A DNA stretch of 64,000 nucleotides, taken from contig CAZQEQ010000001.1 of the NCBI GenBank assembly GCA_964592385.1, positions 18,236-82,235 on the forward strand, in the 5' to 3' direction. Position 1 is the stretch's first letter; each line of letters begins with the position of its first letter. Position numbers and translations under genes: made by a program. Below, piece by piece: positions 47,290 through 56,333 of the stretch. Under the pieces are notes generated by a model, which worked only from the letters and a program-made list of their open reading frames with translations, ran no database searches and was not told the origin of the DNA. Source of the stretch: an uncultured candidatus Brocadiaceae bacterium (GTDB taxonomy: Bacteria > Planctomycetota > Brocadiia > SM23-32).

Positions 47290-48258
47290 TCAGCCGCAAA
47301 GCTGCTCCGCCAGCCGGCAGGCGTTGACGAAGCTCCCGATCGACGCGACCCCCTTCCACGCGATGTCGAAGGCGGTCCCGTGGTCAACCGACGTTCGCAC
47401 GATGGGCAGGCCGAGCGTGACGTTGACCGACTCCTCGAACGCGATGGCCTTCATCGCAACGTGGCCCTGGTCGTGATACATGCAGACGACGGCGCCGAAC
47501 TCCCCCGCCAGCGCCCGCTTGAAGACCGTGTCCGGCGGCAGCGGGCCGACGGCATCAATCCCCTCGGCGTGGGCCCTCTCGACGGCCGGCGCGATGCACT
47601 CGATCTCCTCCCGGCCGAAGGCGCCGCCCTCGCCGGCGTGCGGGTTCAGCCCCATGACGGCTATCCGCCGGGCACGTCCGAGCTTCGCCGCCGCCCAGTC
47701 CGTAAGGGCGATGACGCGGTGCACGCGCTGGCCGGTGACCGCGTCTATCGCCTCGCGCAGGGAGACGTGCGTCGAGACGTGCGAGGCCAGCAGGTCGGGC
47801 GAGGCAAGCATCATGACCGGCCCAGGTGCGCCGCAGAGGCCCGCGATGAACTCCGTGTGCCCCGTGAAGTCCGGCAGGGAGAGGCGGGTCGCCTCCTTGT
47901 TCATGGGCAGCGTCACGACGGCCCGCAGGTCGCCGGCCAGCGCGCGGCGGGTCGCGAACTCGACATAGGCCAGCGCGGCCCGGCCGGACTCCTCCGACAT
48001 CTGGCCGATCCGCAGGTTGCCCTCAGCCAGGAGCGCCATGTCGTGAACGCACAACTCGCCCGGCGCGCCCTCGCCCAACTCGGCGACCTTGCGCAGGCGT
48101 ACGCCGAGGCCCAGGGCCTCGTTGCACCGCTCCAGGACCGCCAGGTCGCCGATCACGACGGCGTCCCCCGGCATCCGCCCCCGGGCGAAGGCCGTGAGCG
48201 CGATCTCCGGCCCGACGCCGCTCGCGTCCCCCATCGTCACACCGATACCGTTGGTCAC
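47290..48258 (-). CDS. pdxA: PdxA family dehydrogenase (4-hydroxythreonine-4-phosphate / 4-phospho-D-threonate dehydrogenase type)
   Basis: GVTMGDASGVGPEI, GLNPHAGEGGAFG and MYHDQGHVAMK. The GTG at 48258 follows GGGGGAGGAG and overlaps the upstream stop (GTGA). Confidence 0.87.
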   Translation of the reverse strand: MTNGIGVTMGDASGVGPEIALTAFARGRMPGDAVVIGDLAVLERCNEALGLGVRLRKVAELGEGAPGELCVHDMALLAEGNLRIGQMSEESGRAALAYVEFATRRALAGDLRAVVTLPMNKEATRLSLPDFTGHTEFIAGLCGAPGPVMMLASPDLLASHVSTHVSLREAIDAVTGQRVHRVIALTDWAAAKLGRARRIAVMGLNPHAGEGGAFGREEIECIAPAVERAHAEGIDAVGPLPPDTVFKRALAGEFGAVVCMYHDQGHVAMKAIAFEESVNVTLGLPIVRTSVDHGTAFDIAWKGVASIGSFVNACRLAEQLCG

Positions 48259-49478
48259 GTCTCCTCCCCCGCACTGATCCCGCGAAGCCGAAGCACCAGG
48301 TCTTCCGGCCCGAAGCCGCCGCACTTGGTGATGAAACCCACTTCGCGCCCGTCCAGGGACAGCGAGCACTCGATAACGCCGGGCCACAACCGCCGCCGCG
48401 GCCGGAAGGACGTCCGGCCGAGCGCCCGGAGCACGGAGATCGCCGTCTCGCCGCCGAAGACGGCCAGCGCACCCAGCGCCCCGGACCGCCGCACCACGCC
48501 CGCCGCCAGCGCGCCCAGCGCAGCGGCGACGGCCCGGGGCGGGCCGTCAACATACCGCTCGTCCTCGCCGGGCCCGGTCACGGTGCATAGGAGCACGTCC
48601 CGGCCCGCCCGGAGGGCCTCGGCCGCCTCCTCCACCACGCCCGGCGCCGGCGCACCGGGCCCCGCGCCAGCAGAGACTGCCTCAGGCTCCAGCCGGAACG
48701 CCTCGACGTCCGACTCGATGCCCCGTCGGACCTGCTCCAGCGCCGTCTCATGGAGGCTGCCGTTGACGAACAGCAGCGGCCCTCTGAGCCCCGCCGTCGG
48801 GGCCGGCTCCCTGCCGCCGCCCAGCCGGCGCGCGACGCACTCGGCGAACCCGGCCGCGCCCGCGCAGCAGCTGAGCAGGCCGCGCTCCTGGAGGCCGGCG
48901 GCGATCCGGTCCAGGTCGTCTTCGCTCTCCGCGTCGAAGGCCCAGATGCGCAGATCTTCCCCGCCCGCCTCCGGCATGCGCCCGGGCGCGACGACCACGG
49001 TCTCAACGGCGGATTGCCGCGCCACGATCTCCGCTATCGAACCGGAGTCGATCGGGCTGAGCGGATCGTGGGCGAGGGACGTCCGCTCCAGCGGCTCGCC
49101 GTGGACAAACTGGCAGCCGCCGCGCGTGGTGCGCCCGGCGGCGGGGTAGGCGGGGATGAAGGGCAGCACCCTCGCGCCGGTCGCCCTCATCATCGCCGCC
49201 AGTTCCGCGCCGACGTTGCCGCGCAGCGTGGAGTCCGCCTTCTTGTAGAATCGCTGCACGCCCGCCTGCCGCGCGCGCCGGCAGGCATACTCGACTCGGC
49301 GGGCGGCTTCCTCGGGCGAGACGTGGCGGCTCTCCGTGTCAACCACGCGGACCCGCGCCGCGTCGTCGGTCGGTTCCGGGTCTATCGAGACGACCGTCGG
49401 CAGGCCCGCGCCGGCGAACTGGGCGCCGGTCTCGCTCGCCCCGGTCAGATCGTCCGCTATGACAAGCAGGTCAACCAC
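48255..49478 (-). CDS. four-carbon acid sugar kinase family protein (DUF1537; threonate/erythronate kinase-like)
   Basis: N-terminal LLVIADDLTGASETGAQF. 407 aa. It is translationally coupled to the pdxA-family gene. Confidence 0.83.
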   Translation of the reverse strand: MVDLLVIADDLTGASETGAQFAGAGLPTVVSIDPEPTDDAARVRVVDTESRHVSPEEAARRVEYACRRARQAGVQRFYKKADSTLRGNVGAELAAMMRATGARVLPFIPAYPAAGRTTRGGCQFVHGEPLERTSLAHDPLSPIDSGSIAEIVARQSAVETVVVAPGRMPEAGGEDLRIWAFDAESEDDLDRIAAGLQERGLLSCCAGAAGFAECVARRLGGGREPAPTAGLRGPLLFVNGSLHETALEQVRRGIESDVEAFRLEPEAVSAGAGPGAPAPGVVEEAAEALRAGRDVLLCTVTGPGEDERYVDGPPRAVAAALGALAAGVVRRSGALGALAVFGGETAISVLRALGRTSFRPRRRLWPGVIECSLSLDGREVGFITKCGGFGPEDLVLRLRGISAGEET

Positions 49479-49625
49479 GTTCAGTGTGCGCCCTCAGAGC
49501 ATGAGCCAGCACCACCCAGTATTCCGCAACTGCCCGCCGCGCGCAAGAGCCACGCCGGGCCGCCGCCTTGGACGCCCGGCGTTCCCATGCTATCATAGCG
49601 GCCGGCCGATACCAGGAGGAGAACA

Positions 49626-50594
49626 GTGGACTATGTCAGCTTCGGGCGGTGCGGGCTCAAGGTCTCGCGCCTCTGCATGGGGACGATGACGTTCGGCGAC
49701 CAGGCCGATGAATCCGAGTCGGCGCGCATGGTCGCGTGCGCGCTGGAGAGCGGGATCAATTTCTTCGACACGGCCGACATCTACAACACCGGCGCCTCGG
49801 AGGAGGTCCTCGGGCGCGCGCTCAAAGGCCGGCGCGACGAGGTCGTCGTGGCGACCAAGGTGTTTAGCCCCATGGGGCCGGACCCGAACGACCGCGGTCT
49901 GTCCCGCCGCCACATCCTGAGGGCGGCCGAGGACAGCCTGCGCCGGCTCGGCATGGACCACGTGGACCTCTACCAGCTCCACCAACCCGACTACTCGACC
50001 CCGCTGGAGGAGAGCCTGTCCGCACTGGATCAACTGGTCCGCGAGGGCAAGACGCGCTACGTGGGCGTCTCCAACTACGCCGCGTGGCAGATATGCCGCG
50101 CCATGTCCGTCTGCGACCGCCGGAACTGGGCGCCGATCGTCAGCGTGCAGCCGATGTACAACCTGCTGGCGCGCGGCATCGAGCAGGAACTGCTCCCCTT
50201 CTGCGGCGAGATGGGGCTTGCCACGATGGCCTACAACCCGCTGGCAGGCGGCCTGCTGACGGGCAAGCACCCGAAGGGGAAACCGCCCGCCGAGGGGACG
50301 CGCTTCGCCCTGAAGGAGATGTACCGCGACCGTTACTGGCACCCTCGCCTCTTCGACGCCGCCGAGGCGCTCCGCTCGATTGCGGAGCAGGCCGGGCTCT
50401 CCATGATTGAACTCGCGCTCCGCTGGCTGCTCGCGCGCGAAGGGGTGACGTGCGTCATACTGGGCGCCAGCTCGCTGGCCCAGCTCGATGAGGACCTCGC
50501 CGCGTGCGCGGGTGAACTGCCCGCGGACGTGGTCGCGGCCTGTGACGACGTGTGGGAGGACCTGCGCGGCCCGATCCCGTTCTACAACCGTTGA
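49626..50594 (+). CDS. aldo/keto reductase
   Basis: SRLCMGTMTFG, INFFDTADIYNTGASEEVLGRAL and VDLYQLHQPD. The GTG start follows AGGAGGAGAA. Confidence 0.92.
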   Translation: MDYVSFGRCGLKVSRLCMGTMTFGDQADESESARMVACALESGINFFDTADIYNTGASEEVLGRALKGRRDEVVVATKVFSPMGPDPNDRGLSRRHILRAAEDSLRRLGMDHVDLYQLHQPDYSTPLEESLSALDQLVREGKTRYVGVSNYAAWQICRAMSVCDRRNWAPIVSVQPMYNLLARGIEQELLPFCGEMGLATMAYNPLAGGLLTGKHPKGKPPAEGTRFALKEMYRDRYWHPRLFDAAEALRSIAEQAGLSMIELALRWLLAREGVTCVILGASSLAQLDEDLAACAGELPADVVAACDDVWEDLRGPIPFYNR

Positions 50595-50645
50595 CCCGAC
50601 GCGGCGCGGGGCCCTGTTGCCGTCGCGCAGCGGCAGGAGGCAGGC

Positions 50646-53600
50646 ATGGCACGAGAACAGACTCGGGTGCTGCGCGCACTGTGGGCCGTGGCCGGCGCGC
50701 TGCTGCTCGTCTGCGGCCCGCAGGCAGCGGCGGCGGAGACGGCCCCTGACCCCGCGCAGGAGGAGGCGGCGCGCATCCTCGCCGAGTGCGGCGTCCGGGG
50801 CGGGCTCGTCGTACACGTCGGCTGCGGCGCCCCGGGCCGGGCCGAGTTAACAGCCGCGCTCAGGGCGGGCCCGGCCTACGTCGTGCAGGGCCTCGACCGG
50901 GAGCCCGCGGACGTCGAGCGGGCCCGGCAACACGTCCGCTCCCTCGGGCTCTACGGCCCGGTGTCCGTGAACCGTTGGGACGGCCTGCGCCTGCCCTACG
51001 TGGACAACCTGGTCAACCTCATCGTCGCAGAGGAGGCGGCGCAGGTGCCCGCGCGGGAGATGCTGCGGGTTCTCGCTCCCGATGGTGTCGCCTGCGTCAT
51101 GCAGGCGGACGGGCACATGACGATCGTCAAGCCGCGGCCGACTGGCATCGACGAATGGACGCACTACCTGCACGACGCCGGTGGGAACGCCGTGGCCCGC
51201 GACCGGTTGGTCGGGCCGCCCGCGCGGTTCCAGTGGGTCGCCGGGCCGAGATGGGCCAGACACCACGAGCACGTGAGCAGCACGAGCGCGCTGGTCTCGG
51301 CCGGGGGGCGCGTCTTCTGCGTCATGGACGAAGGGCCGCGCGAATCGGTCATGCTGCCGGCCAGATGGCGGCTCGTCGCCCGTGACGCCTTCAACGGCGT
51401 GCTCCTGTGGAAGCGCCCGATTGACGATTGGGTGTCCCAACAGTGGCCGCTGAAGAGCGGCCCGGCGCAACTCCCCCGCAGGCTGGTCGCCAGCGGCGAC
51501 CTGCTCTACGTAACGCCCGGGCTCGACGCCCCGCTCGCCGCCCTGGACGCGGCCACGGGCCGGACGCTCCTCACCTACGAGGGCACGGACGGAACCGAGG
51601 AGATGATCCTCCACGACGGGGTCCTGTTCCTGCTCGTCTGCGCGGACGCAAGGGAGCACGACTTCCTGAGGGGCTACCGCCGCAGTCCGGACAGCGCCCG
51701 ATACAACGCGGAACTCGGACGCTCCTACAGTTGGAAATGGGAGTTCCCGCAGAGGACGATCATGGCGCTCAGCGCAGACGACGGCGAGACGCTCTGGCAG
51801 AGGGCGGACGAGGTCGCTCCGCTCACGCTCGCCGCCGACGGCCAGCGCGTGTTCTACCACGACGGGCAGAAGGTAGTTTGTCTGGACCGCGGGACCGGCG
51901 AGCCGCTCTGGACCTCGGAGCCGGTCGAGGTCGCCGAGATACCGCCCTACTTCGCGCCGACGCTCGTGGTCTGCGACGACATAGTCCTGGTCACGGGCGG
52001 CAAGAGGGCCCTGACGGCCCTGTCGGCCCGGGACGGGCGGACGCTCTGGACGTCCGATTACCCGAAGGTCGGGCACGTCTGCCCGGAAGACCTGTTCGTC
52101 ATCCGGGGCGTGGTCTGGGCGGGGGAGAAGTCCACCCACAGGCCGCCGACTTACGCCGGCCGCGACATCTTGACAGGGGCCGTGCAGCGCGAGTTCTCCC
52201 CCGATGCGTCCAACTTCTGGTTCCACCGCTGCTACCGGTCCAAGGCCACCGAGCGCTACATAATGCCCTCGAACACGGGCGTCGAGTTCGTGGACCTGGA
52301 GTCCGAGCACTGGACGATGAACAACTGGGTGCGCGGCGCGTGCGCGTACGGCGTCATGCCGGCCAACGGGCTGCTCTATGCGCCGCCCCATCCCTGCGCG
52401 TGCTACATGGAGTCGATGCTCACCGGCTTCTGCGCCCTTGCATCCGCGGACGGGTCAACGGAGCCGCACACCGCGGGCGGCGCGCGGCTTGTCCCCGGCC
52501 CAGCGTACGGCCAGGAACCCGAGTCGCCGCCCGGCGCCGGCGCCGCCGATGAGTGGCCGACCTATCGCCACGACGCAACTCGCAGCGGCGCCACCGCGTC
52601 CTCCGTGCCCATAACCGTCAGCCCCGCCTGGCAGGCCGAGCCGGGCGGCACGCCGAGCGCGCCGGTCGTCGCCGAAGGCAAGCTCTTCGTCGCCTCCGTG
52701 GACACGCACACCGTCCACGCCTTCGACGCCGTCGCCGGTGAACCCGCCTGGAGCTACACGGCAGGCGGCCGCGTGGACTCGCCACCCACCATCTGGCGCG
52801 GACGCGCGATCTTCGGCTCGGCGGACGGGTGGGTCTACTGCCTTCGGGCGTCGGACGGCGCGCTTATCTGGCGCCATCGCGCCGCGCCGCAGGAGCGCCT
52901 GATGATGGCCTGCGGGCAGCCCGAATCCGTCTGGCCCGTCCACGGTAGCGTGCTCGTCCACGAGGGCGTCGTTTACTGCGTCGCCGGCCGGTCGGCGTTC
53001 CTGGACGGAGGCATGCGCCTGCTGCGCATCGAGGCAGCATCCGGCCTGCCGCTCTCCGAGACCCTCCTGGACGACTGCTGCCCCGGCACCAGCCTGCCCA
53101 TCCAATCCAGGCTCAGCGGCCAGAACATGGCGGTCGCCCTGCCCGACGTGCTCTCCTGCGACGGCAGGAACGTCTACATGCGCTCGCAGCCGTTCGACCT
53201 CCAGGGCGTTCCCATCGAGGTGAGCCCCGCCACCGACGCCACCCGACAGGCGGGCGAAGGCGTTCACCTGTTCTGCCCGGCCGGGTTCCTCGACGACTCG
53301 TACTTCCACCGCTCCTACTGGATGTTCGGCAGCGTCTTCAAGTCCGGCAACGCCGGATGGTACAGGGCGGCGCGCTACGCCCCGAGCGGCCGCCTGCTCG
53401 TGTTCGACGGCGACTGCGTTTACGGCTATGGCCGCAAGCCGCACTATTACATGTGGCGGTCGGAGCTCGACCACCACCTGTTCTGCGCCGGCAAGCTGGC
53501 CAGCGAAGACAGAATCCGGCACGTGCATCAAAGGGTGGACAGCCCGAACGTGGCCTACAACGTCAGTCGTGACCGCGCCCTGATGGAAGCCAGGTCCGTC

Positions 53601-53960
53601 TTTGACGTATCCGCCGTCGATTTCAGGTGGTCCCGCGACGCCCTGCCGCTGCACGTGCGCGCCGTGACGCTGGCTGGGGGCACGCTGTTCATCGCCGGGC
53701 CGCCGCTGCTCATAACGGACCTGGAAGCGGCGCGCTCGCCCGACAATGACGAACTCCACGCCAGACTGACCGAGCAGGCGGCCGCGCTCGAAGCAGAGAG
53801 CGGCGGGCTGCTTCAGGCGGTCTCCGCATGGGAGGGCACGCGCCTGGCGCAGGTCGAACTCGACGCGCCGCCCGTCTGGGACGGCATGGCCGCCGCTTAC
53901 GGCAGGCTCTACGCGGCGACGACCGACGGTCGCGTGGTCTGCTTCGCCGCGCGACAATAA
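50646..53960 (+). CDS. secreted fusion protein: class I SAM-methyltransferase-like domain plus multiple PQQ-like beta-propeller repeats
   Basis: Signal peptide ALWAVAGALLLVCGPQAAAAE. GGLVVHVGCGAPG is MTase motif I-like. Many blade motifs follow (LDAATGRTL, DRGTGEPLW, ARDGRTLW, ASDGALIW). Confidence 0.8.
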   Translation: MAREQTRVLRALWAVAGALLLVCGPQAAAAETAPDPAQEEAARILAECGVRGGLVVHVGCGAPGRAELTAALRAGPAYVVQGLDREPADVERARQHVRSLGLYGPVSVNRWDGLRLPYVDNLVNLIVAEEAAQVPAREMLRVLAPDGVACVMQADGHMTIVKPRPTGIDEWTHYLHDAGGNAVARDRLVGPPARFQWVAGPRWARHHEHVSSTSALVSAGGRVFCVMDEGPRESVMLPARWRLVARDAFNGVLLWKRPIDDWVSQQWPLKSGPAQLPRRLVASGDLLYVTPGLDAPLAALDAATGRTLLTYEGTDGTEEMILHDGVLFLLVCADAREHDFLRGYRRSPDSARYNAELGRSYSWKWEFPQRTIMALSADDGETLWQRADEVAPLTLAADGQRVFYHDGQKVVCLDRGTGEPLWTSEPVEVAEIPPYFAPTLVVCDDIVLVTGGKRALTALSARDGRTLWTSDYPKVGHVCPEDLFVIRGVVWAGEKSTHRPPTYAGRDILTGAVQREFSPDASNFWFHRCYRSKATERYIMPSNTGVEFVDLESEHWTMNNWVRGACAYGVMPANGLLYAPPHPCACYMESMLTGFCALASADGSTEPHTAGGARLVPGPAYGQEPESPPGAGAADEWPTYRHDATRSGATASSVPITVSPAWQAEPGGTPSAPVVAEGKLFVASVDTHTVHAFDAVAGEPAWSYTAGGRVDSPPTIWRGRAIFGSADGWVYCLRASDGALIWRHRAAPQERLMMACGQPESVWPVHGSVLVHEGVVYCVAGRSAFLDGGMRLLRIEAASGLPLSETLLDDCCPGTSLPIQSRLSGQNMAVALPDVLSCDGRNVYMRSQPFDLQGVPIEVSPATDATRQAGEGVHLFCPAGFLDDSYFHRSYWMFGSVFKSGNAGWYRAARYAPSGRLLVFDGDCVYGYGRKPHYYMWRSELDHHLFCAGKLASEDRIRHVHQRVDSPNVAYNVSRDRALMEARSVFDVSAVDFRWSRDALPLHVRAVTLAGGTLFIAGPPLLITDLEAARSPDNDELHARLTEQAAALEAESGGLLQAVSAWEGTRLAQVELDAPPVWDGMAAAYGRLYAATTDGRVVCFAARQ

Positions 53961-54029
53961 CTGAGGAACCCGCAGAGGCAGAAACCGGCGGCATCGCGCA
54001 GCAGCCGCCACCCGCAAGGAGAACCAGCA

Positions 54030-54722
54030 ATGCGCATCCTTATCACCGGGGCCGACCGCTCCCTCGGCCGGCACGCCGCCCGGCACCTCGGACGGGAGCA
54101 CGCCATCCGCCTCACGGGCGCCGCGCCCGCCGACGACCTGGGCGACGATTACCGCCCGGCTGACCTCACCTCGCCCGAGCAAGTCGCCGCGCTCGTCGAG
54201 GGCATGGACGCCGTCCTGCACCTGGCCGAGTTCGACCCCGAGCCGCCCGACGGCCCCGACGCGGAGCAGGAAACGCTGCGCCGCGCCACGCTCGGCACCT
54301 ACGTCCTCTGCCAGGCCGCCCGGCAGGCCGGCGTCGGGCGCATCGTCGTCGCGGGCACGCTCTCGGTCTTCGACGCCTACCCGGACTCCTATCTCATCGA
54401 CGAGCAGTGGAGGCCCCGCCCCGCCCCCGACGCCGCCCACCTCGCCCCCTACCTCTGCGAGGTCGTCGCGCGGGAGTTCGCACGCGAAGGCCCGGTCACA
54501 GGCGTCTGCCTGCGGTTCGCACCCATCGGCGACGACCCGGAGGCGAACACCCGCCTCGCCGACGCCCTCGGCGCCATTGACCGCGCGCTGCAACTGGAGC
54601 TCGGCCCGCCGGGCTACCGGTGGCACGTCTTCCACGTCGCCTCGTCGCCGCGCTACATCATGCGCAACGCGCGCCTGGTCCTCGGGTTCGAGCCGGGAGA
54701 CACGCAACCATGCCCGCAGTAG
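54030..54722 (+). CDS. NAD(P)-dependent oxidoreductase / epimerase-like (short)
   Basis: MRILITGADRSLGRHAARHL is a Rossmann N-terminus. 230 aa. Confidence 0.72.
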   Translation: MRILITGADRSLGRHAARHLGREHAIRLTGAAPADDLGDDYRPADLTSPEQVAALVEGMDAVLHLAEFDPEPPDGPDAEQETLRRATLGTYVLCQAARQAGVGRIVVAGTLSVFDAYPDSYLIDEQWRPRPAPDAAHLAPYLCEVVAREFAREGPVTGVCLRFAPIGDDPEANTRLADALGAIDRALQLELGPPGYRWHVFHVASSPRYIMRNARLVLGFEPGDTQPCPQ

Positions 54723-55525
54723 AACAGGGAACCGTCTGCGTCTTCGGCGCGGGCGGGCCGGTCGGCGCCGTCCTGGCGCCGATCCTCGCCCCGCACTACA
54801 CGCTGCGCCTGACCGACGTCGCGCCCGTGGACGAAGTGCTCCAGCGCGAGGGCTCGCCCATCTGGCCCAAGTGGCACGAGCCGCCTGAGCCGCCCCACGA
54901 ATGGCGCACCGTGGACGTCACCGACTACGACCAGGTCCGCCACGCGCTCGAGGGCTGCGACGCCACCGTCAGCCTCGCCGTCAACCGCAGCGACCCGCAC
55001 AAGGCATTCGGCATCAACGTCGTCGGCGCCTACAACATCATGAAGGCCGCCGTCGCGGCCGGCGTCGGGCGCGTCGTCCACACCGGCGTCGAGTCGCGCG
55101 CGCTCGAATACGAGGGCGACTACCGCTACGAGTTCGACGTCCCCGACGACGCGCCCATCCGTCCCGGCACCATGCTCTACCCGCACACCAAGCACGTCGC
55201 CCTCCAGGTCGTGGACGCCTTCGCCGAGCGCGCCGGCCTGGACGTCATCACGCTCGTGCTCTCGCGCCTGCGGCCCGCCGACCGCTACGACGGCCGCGAC
55301 GACGACGTGCTCCAGTCCTACTCGGTCGCGTGGGACGACCTCGGCCCGGCCTATCTCTGCGCGCTCCGGGCGCCCGAGATGCCGCATCCGAACGAACGGA
55401 TCTGCATCTGCGCGGACCTGCCGGTGGGGAAGTACTCCCCCGCCAAGGCCGAGCGGCTCCTCGGCTGGAAGCCCCGGCACGCCTTCGAGCGGTTCCACAC
55501 GCGCAACGCCGGCCCGGACGCCTGA
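54710..55525 (+). CDS. NAD-dependent epimerase/dehydratase family protein
   Basis: The ATG at 54710 gives MPAVEQGTVCVFGAGGPVGAVLAPIL, and YPHTKH is YxxxK-like. It overlaps the previous gene by 13 nt. Confidence 0.72.
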   Translation: MPAVEQGTVCVFGAGGPVGAVLAPILAPHYTLRLTDVAPVDEVLQREGSPIWPKWHEPPEPPHEWRTVDVTDYDQVRHALEGCDATVSLAVNRSDPHKAFGINVVGAYNIMKAAVAAGVGRVVHTGVESRALEYEGDYRYEFDVPDDAPIRPGTMLYPHTKHVALQVVDAFAERAGLDVITLVLSRLRPADRYDGRDDDVLQSYSVAWDDLGPAYLCALRAPEMPHPNERICICADLPVGKYSPAKAERLLGWKPRHAFERFHTRNAGPDA

Positions 55526-56001
55526 TCCTGAGCTCCACATCCCGCCGGGCCTTGCCTTGCCAGGAGAGCGTGCGTGCAGTCCGCAGCACCCAACTCAGTC
55601 AGGATGTCCACACGGACATGCCAAACGAGCACGATTCCGCGAGACGCTTTCTCGCTATGTCAAAGAGCAGTTTTGTTTTGTCAGGAAACAATTTGCGCCG
55701 GACAAAACGGACATCCCGCGCCGGGAACGGGCGGGAGAAACCACAACGACCACGACGAGCACCACGAGAATCACGAAGACAAGAGGCACGAGGTTTCGAG
55801 GAAGCAAAGGGGTCTGATCCCGCGTTGCCCGGCTTCGCCTCAATCCTCATGCCTCACGCCTCCGGCGAGTTTCTCGTTGCTGGTTGCTTGTTTCTTGTTG
55901 TCCGCCGTTCCATCGTGTGTCGTTGCTGTTGACATTTGTCGTCGTCTTTACTTCATACTTCAGCCCCGCCGTACGGCGGGCAAGCGTCTGCCTTCTTCTT
56001 T

Positions 56002-56025
56002 GGTCCTTGATCCTTGGTCCTTGAT
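56002..56025. repeat. 10-mer direct repeat GGTCCTTGAT x2 (4-nt spacer)
   Basis: Copies at 56002-56011 and 56016-56025 are identical, and sit immediately 5' of the 14-bp hairpin. Confidence 0.45.
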
Positions 56026-56029
56026 ACTT

Positions 56030-56063
56030 CCGGCGCAAAACGATTGTAGTCGTTTTGCGCCGG
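56030..56063. repeat. perfect 14-bp stem / 6-nt loop hairpin
   Basis: CCGGCGCAAAACGA-TTGTAG-TCGTTTTGCGCCGG. A related imperfect palindrome, TTTGCGCCGGACAAAACG, lies at 55692-55709. Confidence 0.6.
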
Positions 56064-56207
56064 CCGTGTGTCCGATCCGTCCCCTACTGACCGATAGAAA
56101 AGCGGATTCTTAGCGCAGGGGACGCGGAAAACCGCAGAGACGGCAACGCCTAACAGCGCACAGATGCTGTGCGAGGAGACGGCCCCTTGCTCGCACGAAG
56201 AAAGGCC

Positions 56208-56237
56208 TTGACAACGCCGCGCTCATGTGCCCACAAT
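56208..56237 (+). promoter_or_regulatory. possible promoter of the tcmP-DUF5131 pair (TTGACA-N18-CACAAT)
   Basis: Hexamers at 56208-56213 and 56232-56237, about 95 nt upstream of the ATG at 56334. Confidence 0.3.
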
Positions 56238-56333
56238 TGTTTAGGTATCAGCAAGGTAAGTATCGGTCCCTGCTTGCTTCGCGACACGGGTTTTCTTCTG
56301 TGTCCCCGAACGGGCAGGACCGGGAGTGCGCAT

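Noticed and set aside
56002-56025. Checked whether the short direct repeats here, or anywhere else, form a CRISPR array.
   Set aside because: There are only two 10-nt copies with a 4-nt spacer. I found no series of 25-40 nt repeats with unique spacers in the window, and no cas genes.
55574-56113. 179-codon ORF with a His/Asp/Glu-rich run (NHNDHDEHHENHEDKRHE) and a hydrophobic stretch; considered as a possible metal-binding protein.
   Set aside because: It has no ribosome-binding site, a composition driven by the A/C-rich then G/T-rich DNA tracts, and overlapping equally poor ORFs on both strands. It is more likely non-coding.
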